Notes under the pieces: model-generated
Seen by the model: only the letters and a program-made list of their open reading frames with translations
Told to the model about the DNA's origin: nothing
Databases searched by the model: none
Origin: the human T2T-CHM13v2.0 reference genome, Homo sapiens
Direction: 5' to 3' (one strand)
DNA: 64,000 bases
Assembly: GCF_009914755.1 (NCBI RefSeq)
Contig: NC_060929.1
Program-made: the position numbers and the translations under genes
Shown: in pieces, positions 14,011 through 30,010 of the stretch
Layout: each line of letters opens with the position of its first letter
Numbering within the stretch: position 1 is the stretch's first letter

Positions 14011-15199
14011 CATTGTGCAGCATAATGACCATTAAATAACCTAAAACAATCAGATAATGAAAGTCAGATGGCCAAGGGCCATACTTGACCCTTCTATCTA
14101 TGGTCAACTCTGCTCATTGCTTTTGTTTCTTTACATTGGCACACAATTGCCTGGAATACATGAGATGTGAGTAGAATTGGAGCCCAGACTAGAGAGAATG
14201 GTAGAATAAAAGACTGAGCATATCCCCCTCTATCAGTCAGTTTATGGGTACATCTTTGTCACTGCAGTTTATTTTTCTACCATGTACTTGGGCATTTGGG
14301 GGAATGTTTTTCACAGAAATGTGGTCATATAAAGCAGGTAGAACCAGGCAGCTAATGAAAATGACTACACAGTTCAGTAGGCCCACAAATGTATATGGTA
14401 GAAATAATCAAGAATTATTCAGTCTTTTAAAATTTGCTCTTACAAAGTCTCCTCAACAACAAAGTAAGTTTTCTATACTTTCAATGTATTGTCCTGGAAT
14501 CCTTAGAGAAACCTCAGGAAGCTAGGCATGCAAGTTTTTTAAAAGTTGTTAATATCTGGTGCTTGAGATGGGTAAGCAATGAGTCAGTGATCATTTGAGG
14601 GACTGTATATTCTAAATGTTAATATTACTTGGGAAGGTTACTTTGTGTAGGTCATAGATAAAAGAACAAATCAGTTGGCCTTTTGGAAAAAGGAAGGTAA
14701 GAGAAGATATGTCTTGTGTATCTGTAATTAATGGAGTTTACAAATGGCTCAATCTGCTTCCTACCTGAGTCCAGGGCTTGGGGTGCATAATGATAAATGG
14801 CTGAAAGGACAATTTTAGCCAATGGCAACTTCAACATGATACAGAGGCCTATTATTGCTTTTAAAAAATTTGCAAAGAATTTAACACTTATCTGGCTTTG
14901 AGTACTATTTCTTGGTGGATGGAGGAAGGAGGTCCTGAGCAATGAGCATATCTATTACTTTCTTATCATGAAAGCTCTAGGCATCTATTTGCTGGTGATG
15001 AAATGCCTCTGCCATGATTAAGACTGTAGAATTATTAAACCACCCTGAGTCACAAAGATGATTTAGAAATGAGCCTAGGAAGAGTTGTCTAACCAGATGT
15101 TTCACAGAGGCAGTGAGATCCAGCCAGGTACACACTTACCCAGCCTTGACCTCTTTGGAATCGGCATCACTTCCCCATTAAACAAATCCTTTCACTCTC

Positions 15200-16950
15200 T
15201 TATTGATTTGCTTTCCAAAATACTTTCCTTTTATTTTCAACTTAGTTCTCATTTTTCGTGAAGCACATGCACACAGAATTTAAAGATACACGTTTCTACA
15301 AGACAATCACTATGATCACTCTTCCGGGATTTTTCACCCTCATTACCAAAGAACGTGCTTATATTATACTATCATTTCTTAATTTTTCCATTTTAGACAT
15401 TATCTATTCACTTCCCCTGTTTCTCACCACCCCCCTCCTCCTCCCCTCTCACCCATGTGCCTTTTCATGCCTCAACACTCCCATCAGTGCTACAGAGCTG
15501 TACCACTATTTTGGTTGAAACAGTTTAACAATCACATTATTAAAACATTCACATTATTATAACTATAAAACTTCTGAGCCTTGATTTCTTTATTCTGCAT
15601 AACTTTCTAACCTCCAGGAAATCAGTAACTATCTTTGTGTGTGTGTATGTGTGCTCACTCAAGTTTTCTATGTATTTACCAGTAAATCAACCCCAAACTC
15701 TCTCCAGGAATCTGAGCCTCTCCCAGAATGTTCAAATGCAGCAGATCATCAACCAATTTCATCTTGAAAAGGTCTCTCCCAGCACCTCCTGACTTGCTGC
15801 TACCCTGACTTGTTGTCCTCTTATGCCTCGGGCAGTTTTCCTTGGAATTTCTCTCCATGGCAATTGTGAAGATTTCCTTTGTCTCTTTTTCATGTTGGTC
15901 TTCTGTTTCTTGGAGCCTATCTCTTCTATCTCAACTTGCTCCCTCATTTTAGTGTTATGCCTTCTCTAGTACCCTCTTAGAAAATTGATGCATGTGAGGA
16001 AAATCGAGGCCTTGCACATCCAAAAATGTCTTTATCCTACCTTCATCCTTGATCAATGGTTTGTCTGGATATGTAATTTTCTATCTGGAATTCTTTCCCC
16101 TCTGAATTGTAAAGGTATTTCTCCATTTTCTGCTAGTTTCCAGTGTGACTATTGAGAATTCTGAAGCCAATCTAATTCTTAATCTTTTGTAAATAAATTA
16201 TTTTCCTTTCCTGAAAGCTTTTATCTGTTTTTATCCTCAGTGTTCTGAAATTTTGCAAAAACATGCTTTACTACGGGTCTCGTGTTGGGCACTAGATGTA
16301 TTCTTTTGATTTGGAAAATTATGTCCTCAATTCTTGGAAATATTCTAAAATTAAAAAAAAACTTCCCTTTATTTTATTTCTTTCTTTCTAGAATTCCTGT
16401 TATTGGGATTTGGACATCCTGAAATAATATTCTGAATGTCTTTTAATTTCTCTTCAATCTTTTCTATTTTTGAAAACTTTCTAGGAGACCTAATTTTATC
16501 TGTTATCCTTCTATTGAGTTTTTATTCCTACTGTCATATTTTTTATTTTTAAGAATTCATTTTTGTTCTTTAATTTTTCATTTTTTACCTTGTTTTTCTA
16601 GTTTCATAGATACAATATCTTCTTTTAACTTTCTGAAGAGATTAGATATTGTTTCAGGTTTCCAAAACTATGCATGGTCTCTATCCTACAAGTTTCTTTT
16701 CTCTAGTGATTTTTGGCCTCTATCATTCACATTACAGACAGTCCTTCTTATGCTCCTTGTGTGTCCTTACATTTAAGGGTTGAGCACAAAAGAGTGATTT
16801 AAAGGCACAGCACATGCAAGGGCGACTGTTGGTGGTAGGCCTTCTTATGTGTAGGCTGTTCTGGCTCTGCATTTTTTGGTGAGCCCTCATGTCAGTCTCT
16901 TTTCCCTGGACTGGCTGGATTTCCCAGAGAATAATGTTCCAGCATATAAA
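15200..16950 (-). mobile_element. Ancient L1M/HAL1 5' region
   Basis: T-rich antisense text gtgtgactattgagaattctgaagccaatctaattc, ttctagaattcctgttatt typical of old L1 ORF1. Confidence 0.6.
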
Positions 16951-17594
16951 TTCAGTGTTGTCAGTTTGCAATCTCTAGTCTGTATAAAAGTCTGTAGCAC
17001 AGTGTCAGGCACAAAGCAAACACACAACCAAACATGTTAGACCAGTCTTTTCCCTCACTACCTTAGCACTGTTTTGAAGATGGGACAGTTCCACCAGGTA
17101 CAGAGAGGCAACAACCAGAAACAGGGACTCTTCCAGACCCTTGCAGAGTGAGATTTCTTCTCTATGGAGCAGGAATGTTGAAGGAATTATTCTCCCTTTT
17201 TGAGTTGAATTCTGTAATATCAGGTTTTTTATTTTACAAACATGATCCATATCTTATACCATCCTCTCCACATACTAATTTTTAACAATCTCTTCCACTT
17301 TTGGCCTTTACTGTGATCGTCTTTTGGTATTTGCCTTCTTCTTCCATCTCTTGAGTTTGTGATTTCCATTTGAAAAACTCTCTAGCCTTCTTTGGGGAGA
17401 GCACCATAAAAATAGAGTTGTAAGTAGTAAATGATAGGTCCCACTGACAATGTCTGTCTGATCTAAAGTGTCAATCCATTTAACAGATGCATTCAGCTAT
17501 TATACATCCAGAAGATTTCAACAGTGTCAAGGTTTCTGGGGCTAATCTTACTTTTCAGAGCAAGTGTGAAAGTTGGAGTAAAGGATTATCTGGG

Positions 17595-17909
<315 letters not shown>

Positions 17910-18379
17910 TTATCTGGGGAATCCAGCCAGCCCTGTAAAGCCTTTATACTAACTGGATTGATATTATTTTGAGAGAAATGGCCCAACAAAATGAAATTCA
18001 ACATCAGACTCTATAAACCAAAGGGCATCATTATCCTAAATATTCTAATGCTGTGTGAAATCTAAAGATTTCTTAATCAAGATTATCATTCTTTTTTAAG
18101 TCTCCCATTCACCTGTCACTGAGAAGTCAACTCAAGCTTAAAATTATATACCTGGGTACAAAGTTTGTGTACACTTAATAGTTGTGCTGAAAAGTTATAA
18201 TTATGCTGTTCTACCAGTCTTAAATATCTAGCTAGTGACCTTACAACCCAATTTACTTTGCCTGACATCCCCAGTGTCTGTCTCTGTTAAACCTACTCTG
18301 ATTTCTCTGTTTGAAGAAGTTCAAACGAAATTGTTCTTTCAACAGTATGTTTCACACAATGTACATTGTCATCCAATAA

Positions 18380-19320
18380 ACATACATTCAACAAACACTT
18401 ATTGAGTGCCTCCACAGGCCAAGCACTGTGACAGACACTATAGCTCCAACAGTGAGCAAAAAAGGAAGAACCAAAATTGCTGTCTTTATGAGCTATCCAG
18501 TCTAGGGAAAGACAAGCTTTAGTCAAACACTCACAAAACAAAACATATCATTACAAAAAGTATGTAGCTGCTCAAGGGTGTATCATAAAGGAACCTGACT
18601 TAGGTTAGAAGAAGATCATAAAGGCAGAATTGGGGATGTCATCTAAGGAGATATAGGTGTTCACTAGGCTAAGGGAAGGAGAGGGGACTGAAGGAAATAC
18701 TAGTTCAGAGCCAAATACCATGCTGTGCTGGAGGCAAGCTTGGCAGTTTCAAAGAACCAAAGAAAGAACAGTGTAGCTATAACACAGAATCAGAAAGAAA
18801 GTCCTATGAGACAGGAATCTAGTCATGGTCAGGTGGTCACCAAGCAGGACTTTCTGAGTCAAAGAAAGGATTTGGGTCCTATCCTAAAGGCAACAGGAAG
18901 TCATTAAAGAGTTTTTGCAGGTAGTGGTGCAAGATTAAAGCATACATTTTGCAGAGATTCCTCTGGCTTGTTGAGACAAGATTGAAGAGTGAATGCAAAG
19001 AGGTTGGTTAGTGAGCTACTGCTGTACTCCAAAGAAAAATGCTAAGTGATAATAGGAGCTGGGGGAAGCCCAATGGCAAGGATAGAGCCAATGAAGAGGG
19101 CGAAAGGGAGGCGGCATCTGTGTTATTGTGTTGGAGAACCAAATGGGTGCCATTCCCATTCCTGAGGTAGGAAACGCAAAAAGACAACATTTGCTTTTGG
19201 ATGGGCTGAGTTCGAAGTATCTTTAAGACATTCCTTGGTTTTGATTGACATTTTGATAGATGAATCCAGAACTCAGATACATTTGGGACATAGATAGAAA
19301 TCTGAGAAACATGCCACCAT
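18380..19320 (-). mobile_element. L2
   Basis: cattcaacaaacacttattgagtgcc is the reverse of the L2 3' end, followed by purine-rich L2 body. Confidence 0.8.
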
Positions 19321-19344
19321 GAGCAAGGAAGAGATTGGTTAATT

Positions 19345-19533
19345 CAATGTTTCTCCAGGCATAAGAAATGCCTGCATCAGAATCTCCTGGTGCTCTCTGG
19401 TTTAAATGCAGATTTCGGAGAATATCTCAGAATTATGGAATTGTTGTTGGTGGAAGTAGAGCCCAAGAAATCTTTATTTTTTGACAAGTGCCCCAAAGTG
19501 ATTTCTCAAATACTCTATATTTAAGATCCACTG
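19345..19533. mobile_element. MER5A-like hAT-Charlie element
   Basis: caatgtttctc...gcatcagaatctcctgg...aaatgcagatt...acaagtgcccca...ttaagatccactg. Confidence 0.75.
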
Positions 19534-20469
19534 GCCAGGAACAGAAATGGACCCTGAGGAGCTCCAAGATTTACTGGCTCAGTAAAAGAGGATGCCCCTG
19601 CGAAGAAGTATTCACTGGGTTTTATCCTCCTTACTTATTTTTCTTTTTAAAAGTAAAACATGGGTTTCTCTTTAGAGCTGATTAACTGTCTAGATTAATC
19701 TCACAATTCACATAAAATTAAAACTCCATCTCCCTGAAGTCCACACAACAGTCATCTCTGTGTCGGGTAACTTGTACTGGTCACCTCAGCTCAGGATCTT
19801 GTCCTTTGTCTCACACACTCCCTCCCCTCCCTCTCCTGGGCACTGACCTTTGGGCTCATCCCTTTTCCTAGAAAGACAGCATTTCCAGTGAGCAAAATGT
19901 CACATTACCTTTGCTGAACAGGACATTTCAAATAAAATATTAGCAATAACAATTACCTCTAAGCCACTAATCCCTCTGAAGCTACTTTAAACCACCAAAG
20001 GATTTAAGGCAATTCCCTGAAAATATCTCAGGCTTAATAGATTATGGTGCTGGGCAATGAAATATATTGGCTCACATGGCCTTAACTTGCATTCTGTGGC
20101 ATTTTCAACTATAAAAGAAAGTCAAGACACAAACTGTTTCAACTATTATTTAATGTAAAAAAAATCAGGTCATGGAAATATAAATAATAATAATAATCCC
20201 ACAGCACACATCACATTGTGGGTAAGGATATTTCCATGACTAGAGTATCATTGGCAAGAGAAGCCACTAGAAAACAAAATAAGTATTCAAATATTTATTT
20301 CCCCAGGCAGGCTGGCAGTTTGCTATGGCCCACATATACAAGAGAACTCCAAAAGAATGCTTTCCCCAGCGGTGCTGCAGGGACAGAGATTAGAGTGGGG
20401 TATTATTGCAAATGATATGCTTTCTAGGGGGAAAAAATGTGGTATGGGAGACACTGCTTATAGAGTGAT

Positions 20470-21844
<1,375 letters not shown>

Positions 21845-24399
21845 TCAGTCCTCACACGCAGCCTCTTGGGCCCAAAGGAGTCTTGGACCAAGCTGGGAAG
21901 TTGGTCAATCTTGCCTCTGGCGTCTAAAGGCTCTTATTCCCAACCCACTCCATCCCCATTAACACATCCTGACAGTCTTCCTTCCCCGTGCCTAGCACAG
22001 TCATGCCTACACCTTTCTGTGCAGCTGAAAGCCCACCCAACAGCCATATTCTAGCCTATAACAGGTCCATGGTCTCTGTCATTTTGGTGTTCAGGAAGCC
22101 TAAGTAAACGACATAGCAATAGAATGTTAGAAATGGCGATTAATCCCAGTTCTGCCTTTTGGGAGACGATTAAACCAAGGTTGATAAAGTGAAGAGATTT
22201 GCCTTTGGTTCCTAGGCCGTCCTGACTAGTGTCCTTGTCCAGACCTCCTGGCTGCACATCCACCATGCTGCCCAGTGTCCTAGGAAAGTCTCTTTTGATC
22301 CACTGAGCCAGGCATAAAAAATGACACATTTGTGTGCTTACACTTTCAAAAAAGAGGCTAAAGGCATTGCAAAAGCCCAGAACCACATCCCCTTGTGGAA
22401 GTGCTTCTGCAATCCATTGATCATGGCCCACCTGATGTTCATTTTCTTGGCAGCGTAACATACAAATTAGTATCTCTTGCTACTTATTCTCCAAGGAGAA
22501 ACTGAATCCAGCGTTTTGTGTTCTCATCACTCACCATGTAGTAAGAGACAGGGTAGATGGTTTAGCTACATTATGTCCTTACATGACAGATGGGCAGCAT
22601 ACATCTTTCCTTGTGTAAAAATGTCACTGCAGCTACAGATATAGTTGGTGGCTGAAAATGGAAAGTGATGCAGATTAGCTTTAACCTTAGAGGACAGACA
22701 GGCTATTGAGCGAAATACACGGACCCACATTCGAACAGCAAAGGTCTACCAGCCTGACAAGCAACTGATAAGCAACAGGGGGAAAGTCAGAGCTAAGAAT
22801 CAGGAGTATTTCCAGGTGGCTGATGTTCAATTTACTCTAATTTTTATTTACCCTAAAGAAATGGGCTTGAAAAGGGAAGGGAGTGCAACTTTTATAACTT
22901 TGTATTTAAAACAGGTGGGAGAGACTACAAATGGTTAAAAAACAATTCCACAATAAACCAAAATATATTCCTTAATGATTTTCTAATATAATTTTAAAAT
23001 ATTATAAAGTCCCAAGAAATTTCCCTTCCCCACCAACATAAAAGTAGATACACAGCGCTTTCATATAGTAGGCGATATATTTTGAGTGATAATAATAATG
23101 AAGTATCAGTTTTATTCTACTGCTAACAATTAAGGAAATGTAAAAGAAACATTGCACAGACTGGCACTCTCTGGGAAATAACAGGATCTGAATGGAACAA
23201 AAAAGACAGGAGGAATGAAGCCAACTAAAAAATTTTTCTACTTTCCTTTGTAAGTACCTGCCTTTTGGTCATTTTCAGTGTTATTTTAAAACAATAATAA
23301 TTCACATTCACGCTAATATGATTAAGCATTAACATCCTAAAGACAAGGTTTACTCACCTTATGCAGATAATTTCTAGAGAAACTCCACCCAGGGGTGACA
23401 TTTAATGGTTTGGCAGTGTTATTTCACAATTTTCACTCACATTTTATTGCTTCTTAAAATAACTTGACATATAAAAAGAAGTACTAAATAAATTGCTTCT
23501 AAAAAGAACTTGAAATATAAGATATTATTAAATAAAATATAAAAAGCACTAATCCTCCAAGTTTTGAAAGAGACATGAACAGAGAGGGAGAAATAAATAG
23601 CATGCCTAAACAAGAAGAAAATATTTAATCGTACTAGAAAAGAAAACCTGAAAACTAAAGCAAGAGCCTAGCAATACACTTTGTGGTGTATTGGTAGAAC
23701 ACATTTATTTGGGCATGGTTTAAAGATGACCACAGTCACTGCTGATGCAGGTTGGGCAACAGGAGCACTCCAGCACACCACTGGAGAAAGACTCAGACAC
23801 CAAGAGGCAGAGCCAGGTTTCAACCCAGGCAGTCTGACCTAAAAGCCCACACTCACAACTACAGTAGGATGGAAAGATCTGCAAGATACTTGGGAATTCA
23901 GGTTAACAGGACTGGGTGAAGAATTAAATAAGGGTGATGAAGAAAGATAGTAATGGAAGAAGAGAGGAGAGGCTGCAGTGATTCCCAGATTCACGATTTA
24001 GATCGCAGAGTGGATGGTAGTGTCATTAGGCAAGAAAGGAAGTATAAGCTCTAATTCCCAAAGGCTTTCAGGTATCTTAATAAATACAACCACAATTTTT
24101 TAAAAAGATAGCTTTTAAGATGCCAGTGACTTACCACTTGAAGTCTGCACTTGCATTGCTTAGTCACTCATGACTATTGACAATGGTCTCACTTTTTGCA
24201 ATCTCCAATGTATTTTTGTCACATTTTTGCTCTGTAATGAGTGTTTCCCATTACCCAGCTATTGGGGAAGTCAGCTTCAGATCACTGTAACGATGAGGCG
24301 GCTCTCCCTCCCTCCTATGAAGCCAGACTGTCTCCGACATTTCTGGATGACCAAAGGAGGTGGATAACAGGAGTATACACAGGGAAGCAGGCAGGAGCA

Positions 24400-24540
24400 G
24401 GGATGTGAGAATGGAAGTAATCTTCTTTGTCCTGCTCCCATCAACTGGAACAATTGGCTTAACCTTTCTAAACAGGAGTTTCCTCTTCAGTAAAACAGGG
24501 GTCTTAATCCTTTCCCCACAGGGAGTTGTGAGAGAGAACA
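24400..24540 (+). mobile_element. MIR
   Basis: cttaacctttct...gtttcctcttcagtaaaacagggg...cacagggagttgtgag core. Confidence 0.65.
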
Positions 24541-26367
24541 GCACAGTGGAGAACCATTCGGTATGCGCTCTGTTCCAGGGTCAGGGATGACATTTGCCAG
24601 AGAAGGTAAGCCAGTGGTTCCCAACCAGTGTGCTGTGTCATATCTGTAAGCTTTAAATCTTCCCTGGTGCTCTGCCAAGTCTTAATCTGGGTATAAAATT
24701 GCCTTTTGCTGCAACTCACTATCTGAGCAGACATTCAGGCAGCTAACTACCTGATGGGGCATTTTGCTGAGTGGGTTGTGATGCAAGATGTAGAACTGGG
24801 AACAATTTTGCTGCACATTAGACTAGGTATGAGGGAAGGCAAGTCAGCACCAAAAGGAAGGTGATGTCCTGGAAGATGTAAAAGCATGGCTCCGTGAATG
24901 GAGAGGTATATATAATCATTAGGGCGCTTCTACTCAAAGAGTAACATTCTGCTCAGGAGAAAACTTTCAAATTAAGGCCACAAAATTCTGGGTGCCAAAA
25001 AAAAAAAGAAACACCTCTGGGTATCTTACAGACTTTGGGAAATACTGTTACACATTAGCAACTACTGCATTTTAAATATTACCAACTTTTTCCATTTCAT
25101 TTTGAGTCTTTCATCTCTTCAGTTCATTGCCCCAGATTCCAATATTTGTAAGTGTACCTTCAACAAAGAGATGGGGCATCACTGTAGGAAGTACTTGCCC
25201 CCAGTCACACAGCCCTTAAGTAGCAGAAATGCCATTTCAGCTATGTCTGTCTGACTCTTAACCAGTGTTATTGTTTTTGTTTGTGTGTTTGTTTGTTTTT
25301 CTCAGCAATCCCACATGTAAAAAGGGATAGACCGTTTCTCTTGCTGCACAGTGCCTGGAGTTGAGATCCCCTGGACTCTTGGTTCATTCTCTCTAGAGGG
25401 CAAATCTGTTTTTTTCTGGACTGTGCCTTTAGGATCTAGCCATGGTATGGTGGGAAGATGTGAAATCTGAACAAAACATGTGTTCTGCCATTTGCTAAGT
25501 TTCCTGCCTTAGTTTCCTGGGCCACATACTATGTTTTTCTGCTTTCTTTTCTCCCAATACACATAAAACTCTGTGTGCATTGTCTACAGGTAAATCCTTC
25601 CTTGTACCTTCAGAAGGTGTCTCTTCATTCTTTACAATATATTTCATATATTTATATTTTTGCTATATTTATTTATAATGTTTTATAGTACATTAAACAG
25701 ATTTCATTATAACACAGAAGCTCCACAAATTATCAATGGTCCCATTAGTTACTTGAATGTCATGACCAAATATTAAAGGAATAGATAACAATTGGCTTCT
25801 GTCTGGATTCTTTGTACAATTATTTTCTTTTACCCAGCTGATTATATGTATGTATGTGTTTTTAAAAATCAAATACCTCCAAAAGGTTTATGAAAAACAG
25901 CAGTCCTCTGCCCTACCCTATCTTACTTTCCATCCATCCCCCAGAGAAAACTCCTTCAATTTCATCCTATGTCAGGAACCTCTATATTTCCAAAATGTAT
26001 ATTTACCACTTTTATAAAGGTTAGTTGTTATTTTTCATCTCCCGTTACAGTAGAGGAGGTTTAGCATACACGCTCTCTCTCCGGTCACCACCTTGCCTCT
26101 CTCCCACTTTCCCAAAATAATTATCTACCAATTTAGAATAAATCAAGCATTAGTGTTGCCGGAATTTTGCCTATGTATATATTTTTCACTACAGAGTCAA
26201 GTATGCTATGACCGTATTTACTTTCTTGATCATCTTTTTGTTCTTCCTGAAAATTCTAATTGCCCTATTTGTTCACTGCACTACCAGGCATTTACATTCT
26301 CATTATGGAATTCTAATCCTGGAGTGCTCTGTCATCCCTGTTTATTTTGAGTTAGTTGCTCTTTAGA

Positions 26368-26560
26368 CGGGTGCTTTCCAGTCAAATTTTCTGAGATGAT
26401 GGAAATTTCTGTATCTGTACTGTCTGGTGTGATAGCCACTAACCATGTGTAGCTATCAAGTACTTGAAATGTAACAACTACAAGTAGCCATTGGATTTTT
26501 CATTTTTTTAAAACTTTAATTGGAACATTTAATTCATTTACATTTGATTTAATTTTTTAA
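26368..26560. mobile_element. MER3-like hAT element
   Basis: gatgatggaaat...tagccactaaccatgtgtagctatcaagtacttgaaatgt. Confidence 0.8.
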
Positions 26561-26569
26561 ATGTTTGAG

Positions 26570-27010
26570 TTAAAGTATTTCCTCTTGGTATTTGTTTTCT
26601 ATTTATCCCATTTATTCTTTGCTTCTCTATTTTTTCTTTGCTGACTTCTTCTAGGTGAATTGATTATGTTTTAGTATCCATTATATTTTTTCTATTGACT
26701 TCTTTTATAGAGCTTTTCCTAATTTTATAGTGGATGATCCAGAAATTACAGTATGTATCGTTAAGTCATTAAAGTCTACCTTCAAACAGTATTGTCCTGC
26801 TTCGTGAACAGTGTAGAACTTAACAACAGTATGGCCCTCCACAAAGCATATTACTTATTTTTGCTTTAAGCAATCAAAAGTCTTTTAAAGCAATTTACAA
26901 TTTTATGCAAACACACACAGACACACAAAGTTCTTTTAAAAAAAAAAGCCTTTATGAATATCCTAAATAGTTCCTTTCAGTGATCTTCATTCATTCCTAG
27001 AGGTTTGGGG
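26570..27010 (-). mobile_element. Old L1M fragment
   Basis: T-rich antisense L1M-like sequence (aaagtctaccttcaaacagtatt). Confidence 0.5.
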
Positions 27011-27335
27011 TTCCCTCTCTGAGACCACTGTATTTTCCTAGTCTTGTATGTGTGCGGTGGGGATTGATGATAAACACCTCACTGTGGTATTCTTTGCATG
27101 AACTGGGGAAGAGATTGTGAGGACTGACCCTCTATAAACTAAATTTGAACCTATCTCCCTATTTTTGGCCCTATACCTGATGATGTGCTGAAGCCAGTGC
27201 TCGCCAGCCCACGTGAACCAATCCTGCACATTTCTTCCCAGTCCCTCATTCAGTGATACCACGTTGGTAGCTCAAAACAGGACACGGTGGTTGTGCTACC
27301 ACCACGGAAATCAGTAAATACCATTCATAAAGCCT

Positions 27336-27428
27336 CCCTCCCTCCTTTCCTTCTTTCCTTCCTTCCTTCCTTCCTTCCTTCCTTCCTTCCTTCCTTCCGT
27401 CTTTCCTTCCTTCCTTCCTTCCCTCCTC
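27336..27428 (+). repeat. (TTCC)n microsatellite
   Basis: Visible TTCC reiteration. Confidence 0.97.
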
Positions 27429-27455
27429 CAAGCTGGTTATAAAACATTTACCAGT

Positions 27456-27756
<301 letters not shown>

Positions 27757-28289
27757 TTACCAGCACACCACTGCCTACACCTCACACTCCCCTCTCTACT
27801 GTGCCTAATATGACCACACTGTCAGGAGGGAGAATGAATATCTCTGGCCTGTGACTCCCTTGTGATCCAAAACATGCTTCAGACTCTGGCTTCCCTTGCC
27901 CTACCATATTTGGCCCCCTCCTCTGTGTGCTGGGGGCTCATGTTCCCTTTTTCTTTGCCCTTGTGTGTTTATATACTTTTTATTGCCTTGAGAGGGGCAA
28001 GTGGAGTACATGTAGCTAATCTATCATCTTTAACCAAAAGCCCTATCTCTGTCTTTAAAAGTGGGCATTTCAAAGAAATCAAGCAACTTTAAGAACCCAA
28101 GAAGGCTTAATAATAGAATCAGGCCTAACAAAAATTCTAATAATCTCCATGTTGGTCCAGATTACATTTTAATCTTATTCTTAAGCAAAAAATTGAAAAC
28201 TATAGCTATTTCTTGTCCCTAATGAGAAACAAATTAAGAAGAAAACTGGTGTTTCCCTATGGAATGAGCCATTTAGTTGTCAACAATTT

Positions 28290-28580
28290 GATTCAAGGCA
28301 ACATTTATTGAGTGATGACCATGTGCTATACAATATGCCAGATGCAAGAGGGAAAGGAAAGAACAAGACAGAGACAGACACCCCAGCACTCAGAGAACTT
28401 ACAGTGCAGCAAGGGAGGTAATCGAGTCATCTAAAACACTTAAACACATGTGACACATGCTAGAAGAGGAGAAGTACTGTCTATCCTAAGAGCGTACAGC
28501 AATGAGATGTAACGTCATCTCTAGGTCAAAGAAGACTGCTCAAAGAAAATGCGGTTCCTACCGAGACTCGAGGGATGAGG
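28290..28580 (-). mobile_element. L2 3' end
   Basis: caacatttattgagtgatgaccatgtgc. Confidence 0.7.
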
Positions 28581-28587
28581 AACTGCA

Positions 28588-29090
28588 CATCATTTGTGGC
28601 TGCAAACAACAGGCACCACAGTTTGTTTAAACAAAGATAAAATTTATTAAAGAATATTAAGTAGCCTACACAATATGCAGGAAGGTCAGAGAACCAGGCT
28701 GAAGGCTATGAAGCCATAAATAATGCCCAAATTAAACCATCAGACCACTCCAGTAAGGACCTTCCGCTGCAGTGGCTGCTGCTGGCCCAGGCTCCCTACA
28801 CGAATACTGAGCAGGGCTGTGGCACTTCTCACGCTAGGCTGTTGCCAATGCTGCTTCTAAAAGATGATGCCCCCCTGGCCAGAATGGCCTTTTATTTCTT
28901 CACGTTATCTTCTTGCAAATGTAAATGCCAGACAAGGTGCTTTTCTTGTCAGATTTGACTTACCGTGAGTATGCCCTAGTTTCACTGGAGGCCAAGAAAT
29001 TGAGTTTGTCCTCCATCTGTTTTGAATTATAGAAATCATAAGATGGGAAACTCCAAAACACAGAATGTTGAAAGGTGCTTAGTGTCCCAA
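28588..29090 (-). mobile_element. Old MaLR LTR (MLT1K/L-like)
   Basis: gtggctgcaaacaacagg...aaatttattaaagaatatt...cagagaaccaggct. Confidence 0.45.
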
Positions 29091-29499
29091 ATGCATGAAA
29101 AATGTCAATCTCAAAATGTTACCATCCCTGGTTTTGTATACTGCTTGGATTTGATCAATGTGTGGCTGGTTGTTATTTCATTGTGTCAGTATATTTGAGG
29201 TCTCGCACAGAATCACAGATCTTAAAACTGCGAGGACCTTCCAGCTGTCTGAGCACCCAACTTCTAGAAGGCAAATTGTTATTTATTCCTATAGCAACAA
29301 GGGAGGCGAGTGCATCTGTGGGAGGTCGTGTGCCCTGTCTAAGCTCACAGCCAGTAAGTGGCAGAGCCAAGACCAGAACTCATCTCCTGGATGTTCACTG
29401 TCTTCTATCTGGTGGTTTGGCACCCTTGGGTGATAGGCAGTGGATGTACACAGGGTTATAAGGACAGCTGGAGCAAGCAAAGTGCAAAACCAGTAGCTT

Positions 29500-30010
29500 A
29501 GACTAGGGTGGTTTCAGTGGAGATGAATCAAGGCACCCAGATGTGAGAGAGATGTAGGAGATAAAAATGGCAGGACTTTGCAATGTGACAAGTGATGGAC
29601 AGGAAAGGGTAAAGGTTGGCCCCAGTATTGGGCTAAGTGGGTGGTGATGCCTTTTACTTTGATAGGTAACAGAAGTCCAGAGTGGGAGTGGAGGGTGGGC
29701 AGAGCAGGTGAGGATGAAGAAAATGATGTGTTCAGTTTGAGACATGTCAAATTTGAGGGACCAAACGTACAGCCACATGAAGATGTGAAGGCAAGAGGCT
29801 TGGGCTGGTGATACTGACATTTTGGCATTGTCAACACTTTTAAGGTAATCAAAGCAGGGGAGTGGATAAAGTCACCCAGGGAGACAGCGTCACTGGAAAT
29901 GAGAAGAGGAACCAGGACATAACCCCGAGGACTAGCAGAATATAAAGGATTGGTGAAGGAAAAAAATGAACATGAAGGAGACAAAGGGGAGTGATCACAG
30001 GAGGAGAAAA
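29500..30010 (-). mobile_element. L2
   Basis: tgtgttcagtttgagacatgtcaaatttgagg, gagtggataaagtcacccaggga. Confidence 0.75.
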
